Source of the DNA: Eledone cirrhosa
Taxonomy: Eukaryota
Reading direction: 5' to 3'
DNA: 64,000 nucleotides
Assembly: GCA_964016885.1 (NCBI GenBank)
Contig: OZ024744.1
Coordinates: 135,780,001 to 135,844,000 of the forward strand
Shown: in pieces, positions 57,620 through 64,000 of the stretch
How the letters are laid out: the number at the start of each line of letters is the position of its first letter
How positions within the stretch are numbered: position 1 is the first letter of the stretch
Made by a program: the position numbers and the translations under genes
The notes under the pieces: model-generated
Database searches by the model: none
Seen by the model: only the letters and a program-made list of their open reading frames with translations
Told to the model about the DNA's origin: nothing

Positions 57620-58170
57620 GTTTAAGAGGAATCAGATGTAGTGTGTAGGAGAGGAGACTGTGTTGGTATAGACATGTGATGTGTATGGATGAAGTGAGAG
57701 AGAAACTAGGTATGAGAAGAATCAGATGTAGTGTGTAGGAGAGGAGACTGTGTTTGTATAGACATGTGATGTGTATGGATGAACTGAGAGAGAAACTAGG
57801 TTTAAGAGGAATCAGATGTAGTGTGTAGGAGAGGAGACTGTGTTGGTATAGACATGTGATGTGTATGGATGAAGTGAGAGAGAAACTAGGTATGAGAAGA
57901 ATCAGATGTAGTGTGTAGGAGAGGAGACTGTGTTTGTATAGACATGTGATGTGTATGGATGAACTGAGAGAGAAACTAGGTTTAAGAGGAATCAGATGTA
58001 GTGTGTAGGAGAGGAGACTGTGTTGGTATAGACATGTGATGTGTATGGATGAAGTGAGAGAGAAACTGGGTATGAGAAGAATCAGATGTAGTGTGTAGGA
58101 GAGGAGACTGTGTTTGTATAGACATGTGATGTGTATGGATGAACTGAGAGAGAAACTAGGTTTAAGAGGA
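57620..58170. repeat. 180-bp dimer repeat of two alternating 90-mers, 3 copies (2 copies at ~39540-39860, ~49645-49965, ~55370-55710)
   Basis: Alternation of ...gaagtgagagagaaactaggtatgagaagaatc and ...tgtgtttgtatagac...ggtttaagagg, visible as a 60-aa period in ORF 57549..58208. Confidence 0.88.
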
Positions 58171-61100
58171 ATCAGATGTAGGAGAGGAGACTGTGTTAGT
58201 AGAGACATGGAATGTGTATGTATGAACTGAGAAAGAAACTAGGTATAAGACGAATCAGATGTAGGAGAGGAGACTGTTAGTATAGACATGGGATGTGTAT
58301 GGATGAACTGAGAGAGAAACTAGGTATAAGAAGAATCAGATGTAGGAGAGGAGACTGTGTTGGTATAGACATGTGATGTGTATGGATGAACTGAGAGAGA
58401 AACTAGGTATAAGAGGAATCAGATATAGTGTGTAGGAGAGGAGACTGTGTTGGTATAGACATGTGATGTGTATAGATGAACTGAGAGAGAAACTAGTTAT
58501 AAGAGGAATCAGATGTAGGAGAGGTGATTGTGTGGGTATAGACAGGGGATGTGTATAGATGAACTGAGAGAGAAACTAGGTTTAACAGGAATCAGATGTA
58601 GTGTGTAGGAGAGGAGACTGTGTTGGTATAGACATGTGATGTGTATGGATGAACTGAGAGAGAAACTAGGTATAAGAGGAATCAGATGTAGTGTGTAGGA
58701 GAGGAGACTGTGTTGGTATAGACATGTGATGTGTATGGATGAAGTGAGAGAGAAACTAGGTATGAGAAGAATCAGATGTAGTGTGTAGGCGAGGAGACTG
58801 TTTGTATCGACATGTGATGTGTATGTATGAACTGGGAGAGAAACTAGGTATAAGAGGAATCAGATGTAGGAGAGGTCATTGTGTTGGTATAGACATGGGA
58901 TGTGTATAGATGAACTGAGAGAGAAAAAAGGTTTAAGAGGAATCAGATGTAGGAGAGGAGACTGTGTTTGTATAGACATGTGATGTGAATGGATGAACTG
59001 ACAGAGAAACTAGGTATAAGAGGAATCAGATGTAGGAGAGGAGACTGTTAGTATAGACATGGGATGTGTATGGATGAACTGAGAGAGAAACTAGGTATAA
59101 GAGGAATCAGATGTAGGACAGGAGACTGTGTTGGTATAGACAGGGGATGTGTATGGATGAACTAAGAAAGAAACTATGAATAACAGGAATCAGATGTAGT
59201 GTGTAGGAGAGGAGACTGTGTTTGTATAGACATGTGATGTGTATGGATGAACTGAGAGAGAAACTAGTTATAAGAGGAATCAGATGTAGGAGAGGTGATT
59301 GTGTGGGTATAGACAGGGGATGTGTATGGATGAACTGAGAGAGAAACTAGGTTTAACAGGAATCAGATGTAGTGTGTAGGAGAGGAGACTGTGTTGGTAT
59401 AGACATGTGATGTGTATGGATGAACTGAGAGATAAACAAGGTAAAAGAGGAATCAGATGTAGTGTGTAGGAGAGGAGACTGTGTTGGTATAGATATGTGA
59501 TGAACAGAGATAAACAAGGTATAAGAGGAATCAGATGTAGTGTGTAGGATAGGAGACTGTGTTTGTATAGACATGGGATGTGTATGGATGAACTGAGAGA
59601 GAAACTAGGTATAAGAGGAATCAGATATAGGAGAGGAGACTGTGTTGGTATAGACATGTGATGTGTATGGATGAACTGAGAGAGAAACTAGGTATAAGAG
59701 GAATCAGATGTAGGAGAGGAGACTGTGTTGGTATAGACATGTGATGTGTATGGATGAACTGAGAGAGAAACTAGGTATAAGAGGAATCAGATGTAGGAGA
59801 GGAGACTGTGTTGGTATAGACATGTGATGTGTATGGATAAACTGAGAGAGAAACTAGGTATATATAGGAATCAGATGTAGTGTGTAGGAGAGGAGACTGT
59901 GTTGGTATAGACATGTGATGTGTAATGATGAACTGAGAGAGAAACTAGGTATAAGAGGAATCAGATGTAGTGTGTAGGAGAGTAGACTGTGTTGGTATAG
60001 ACATGGGATGTGTATGGATGAAGTGAGAGGGAACCTAGGTATAAGAAGAATCAGATGTAGTGTGTAGGAGAGGAGACTGTTTGTATAGACATGTGATGTG
60101 TATGGATGAACTGAGAGAGAAACTAGGTATAAGAGGAATCAGATGTAGTGTGTAGGAGAGGAGACTGTGTTGGTATAGGCATGTGATGTGTATGGATAAA
60201 CTGAGAGAGAAACTAGGTATAAGAGGAATCAGATGTAGTGTGTAGGAGAGGAGACTGTGTTGGTATAGACATGTGATGTGTATGGATGAAGTGAGAGAGA
60301 AACTAGGTATGAGAAGAATCAGATGTAGTGTGTAGGAGAGGAGACTGTTTGTATAGACATGTGATGTGTATGTATGAACTGGGAGAGAAACTAGGTATAA
60401 GAGGAATCAGATGTAGGAGAGGTGATTGTGTTGGTATAGACATGGGATGTGTATAGATGAACTGAGAGAGAAACTAGGTTTAAGAGGAATCAGATGTAGG
60501 AGAGGAGACTGTGTTTCTATAGACACGTGATGTGTATGGATGAACTGAGACAGAAACTAGGTTTAAGAGGAATCAGATGTAGGAGAGGAGAATGTGTTAG
60601 TAGAGACATGGAATGTGTATGGATGAACTGAGAAAGAAACTAGGTATAAGAGGAATCAGATGTAGGAGGGGAGACTGTGTTATTATAGACATGGGATGTG
60701 TATGGATGAACTGAGAGAGAAACTAGGTATAAGAGGAATCAGATGTAGTGTGTAGGAGAGGAGACTGTGTTGGTATAGACATGGGATGTGTATGGATGAA
60801 GTGAGAGGGAAACTAGGTAGGAGAAGAATCAGATGTAGTGTGTAGGAGAGGGGACTGTTTGTATAGACATGTGATGTGTATGGATGAACTGAGAGAGAAA
60901 CTAGGTATAAGAGGAATCAGATGTAGTGTGTAGGAGAGGAGACTGTGTTGGTATAGACATATGATGTGTATGGATGAAGTGAGAGAGAAACTAGGTATGA
61001 GAAGAATCAGATGTAGTGTGTAGGAGAGGAGACTGTTTGTATAGACATGTGATGTGTATGGATGAACTGAGAGAGAAACTAGGTATAAGAAGAATCAGAT

Positions 61101-64000
61101 GTAGTGTGTAGGAGAGGAGACTGTTTGTATAGACATGTGATGTGTATGGATGAACTGGGAGAGAAACTAGGTATAAGAGGAATCAGATGTAGGAGAGGTG
61201 ATTGTGTTGGTATAGACATGGGATGTGTATAGATGAACTGAGAGAGAAACTAGGTTTAAGAGGAATCAGATGTAGGAGAGGAGACTGTGTTTGTATAGAC
61301 ATGTGATGTGTATGGATGAACTGAGAGAGAAACTAGGTTTAAGTGGAATCAGATGTAGGAGAGGAGACTGTGTTAGTAGAGACATGGAATGTGTATGGAT
61401 GAACTGAGAAAGAAACTAGGTATAAGACGAATCAGATGTAGGAGAGGAGACTGTTAGCATAGACATGGGATGTGTATGGATGAACTGAGAGAGAAACTAG
61501 GTATAAGAGGAATCAGATGTAGGAGAGGAGACTGTGTTGGTATAGACATGTGATGTGTATGGATGAACTGAGAGAGAATCTAGGTATAAGAGGAATCAGA
61601 TATAGTGTGTAGGAGAGGAGACTGTGTTGGTATAGACATGTGATGTGTATAGATGAACTGAGAGAGAAACTAGTTATAAGAGGAATCAGATGTAGGAGAG
61701 GTGATTGTGTGGGTATAGACAGGGGATGTGTATAGATGAACTGAGAGAGAAACTAGGTTTAACAGGAATCAGATGTAGGAGAGGAGACTGTTTGTATAGA
61801 CATGTGATGTGTATGGATGAACTGAGAGAGAAACTAGGTATATATAGGAATCAGATGTAGTGTGTAGGAGAGGAGACTGTGTTGGTATAGACATGTGATG
61901 TGTATGGATGAACTGAGAGAGAAACTAGGTATAAGAGGAATCAGATGTAGTGTGTAGGAGAGGAGACTGTGTTGGTATAGACATGTGATGTGTATGGATG
62001 AAGTGAGAGAGAAACTAGGTATGAGAAGAATCAGATGTAGTGTGTAGGAGAGGAGACTGTTTGTATAGACATGTGATGTGTATGTATGAACTGGGAGAGA
62101 AACTAGGTATAAGAGGAATCAGATGTAGGAGAGGTGATTGTGTTGGTATAGACATGGGATGTGTATAGATGAACTGACAGAGAAACTAGGTTTAAGAGGA
62201 ATCAGATGTAGGAGAGGAGAATGTGTTAGTAGAGACATGGAATGTGTATGGATGAACTGAGAGAGAAACTAGGTATAAGAGGAATCAGATGTAGGAGAGG
62301 AGACTGTTAGTATAGACATGGGATGTGTATGGATGAACTGAGAGAGAAACTAGGTATAAGAGGAATCAGATGTAGGAGAGGAGACTGTTAGTATAGACAT
62401 GGGATGTGTATGGATGAACTGAGAGAGAAACTAGGTATAAGAGGAATCAGATGTAGGAGAGGAGACTGTGTTGGTATAGACATGTGATGTGTATGGATGA
62501 ACTGAGAGAGAAACTAGGTATAAGAGGAGTCAGATGTAGTGTGTAGGAGAGGAGACTGTGTTGGTATAGACATGTGATGTGTATGGATGAACTGAGAGAG
62601 AAACTAATTATAAGAGGGATCAGATGTAGGAGAGGTGATTGTTTGGGTATAGACATGGGAGGTGTATAGATGAACTGAGAGAGAAACTAGGTTTAACAGG
62701 AATCAGAGGTAGTGTGTAGGAGAGGAGACTGTGTTGGTATAGACATGTGATGTGTAATGATGAACTGAGAGAGAAACTAGGTATAAGAGGAATCAGATGT
62801 AGTGTGTAGGATAGGAGACTGTGTTGGTATAGACATGTGATGTGTATGGATGAAATGAGAGAGAAACTAGGTATAAGAGGAATCAGATGTAGTGTGTAGG
62901 AGAGAAGACTGTGTTTGTATAGACATGGGATGTGTATGGATGAAGTGAGAGGGAAACTAGGTATAAGAAGAATCAGATGTAGTGTGTAGGAGAGGAGACT
63001 GTTTGTATAGACATGTGATGTGTATGGATGAACTGAGAGAGAAACTAGGTATAAGAGGAATCAGATGTAGTGTGTAGGAGAGGAGACTGTGTTGGTATAG
63101 GCATGTGATGTGTATGGATAAACTGAGAGAGAAACTAGGTATAAGAGGAATCAGATGTAGTGTGTAGGAGAGGAGACTGTGTTGGTATAGACCTATGATG
63201 TGTATGGATGAAGTGAGAGAGAAACTAGGTATGAGAAAAATCAGATGTAGTGTGTAGGAGAGGAGACTGTTTGTATAGACAAGTGACGTGTATGGATGAA
63301 CTGAGAGAGAAACTAGGTATAAGAAGAATCAGATGTAGTGTGTAGGAGAGGAGACTGTTTGTATAGACATGTGATATGTATGGATGAACTGGGAGAGAAA
63401 CTAGGTATAAGAGGAATCAGATGTAGGAGAGGTGATTGTGTTGGTATAGACATGGGATGCGTATAGATGAACTGAGAGAGAAACTAGGTTTAAGAGGAAT
63501 CAGATGTAGGAGAGGAGACTGTGTTTGTATAGACATGTGATGTGTATGGATGAACTGAGAGAGAAACTAGGTTTAAGAGGAATCAGATGTAGGAGAGGAG
63601 ACTGTGTTAGTAGAGACATGGAATGTGTATGGATGAACTGAGAAAGAATCTAGGTATATGAGGAATCAGATGTAGGAGAGGAGACTGTTAGTATAGACAT
63701 GGGATGTGTATGGATGAACTGAGAGAGAAACTAGGTATAAGAGGAATCAGATGTAGGAGAGGAGACTGTGTTGGTATAGACATGTGATGTGTATGGATGA
63801 ACTGAGAGAGAAACTAGGTATAAGAGGAATCAGATATAGTGTGTAGGAGAGGAGACTGTGTTGGTATAGACATGTGATGTGTATAGATGAACTGAGAGAG
63901 AAACTAGTTATAAGAGGAATCAGATGTAGGAGAGGTGATTGTGTGTGTATAGACAGGGGATGTGTATAGATGAACTGAGAGAGAAACTAGGTTTAACAGG

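Larger units (their letters stand above)
1..64000. repeat. Tandem satellite DNA array, ~83/90-bp monomer, ~740 copies, head-to-tail, continuing past both window edges
   Basis: The motifs AACTAGGTATAAGAGGAATCAGATGTAG, GAGAGGAGACTGTGTTGGTATAGACATG and GATGTGTATGGATGAACTGAGAGAGA recur every ~78-91 bp from first to last line. No non-repeat sequence or inverted block was seen. Copy number is estimated as 64000/~86. Confidence 0.99.

Noticed and set aside
1-64000. CRISPR-like or other repeat-spacer array
   Set aside because: There are no unique spacers. The sequence between conserved motifs is itself the same repeat with point variants, and no cas or RT genes or leader are present.
1-64000. Telomeric repeat or canonical G-quadruplex array, suggested by the G-rich strand
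   Set aside because: No TTAGGG/TTAGG-type short tandem unit is present. The consensus has only spaced GG dinucleotides, not four GGG tracts.
1-64000. Tandem RNA gene array (tRNA, 5S, spliced leader, miRNA hairpins)
   Set aside because: With 5 C against 32 G there is little self-complementarity beyond short palindromes (CTAG, ACATGT). No A/B boxes, cloverleaf or recognisable RNA motif were seen.
1-64000. Embedded transposon, inversion or unique island interrupting the array
   Set aside because: None was seen on reading through; all monomers are in the same orientation.

Overview
The whole 64 kb is one uninterrupted, single-orientation tandem satellite array of roughly 740 monomers. It contains no unique sequence and no credible gene, RNA gene, transposon or CRISPR array. 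The consensus long monomer is 90 bp: AACTAGGTATAAGAGGAATCAGATGTAG[TGTGTAG]GAGAGGAGACTGTGTTGGTATAGACATGTGATGTGTATGGATGAACTGAGAGAGA. The other main form is 83 bp and lacks the bracketed 7-mer; minor forms of 78-91 bp also occur. The + strand is strongly C-poor (consensus A30 C5 G32 T23, 41% GC, no CpG). All listed ORFs are translations of the repeat's minus strand. The real structure is a nested higher-order organisation traced by hand from rare variants: a 180-bp dimer, 13-, 14- and 16-mer higher-order repeats (HORs) of 1112, 1172 and 1390 bp, and overlapping near-identical tandem duplications of 6726 bp and 10105 bp whose order can be inferred. There are also compositional strata and divergent monomer islands. 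It looks like eukaryotic heterochromatic or centromere-type satellite, but I do not recognise the family or organism. I found no support for a new protein-coding system.
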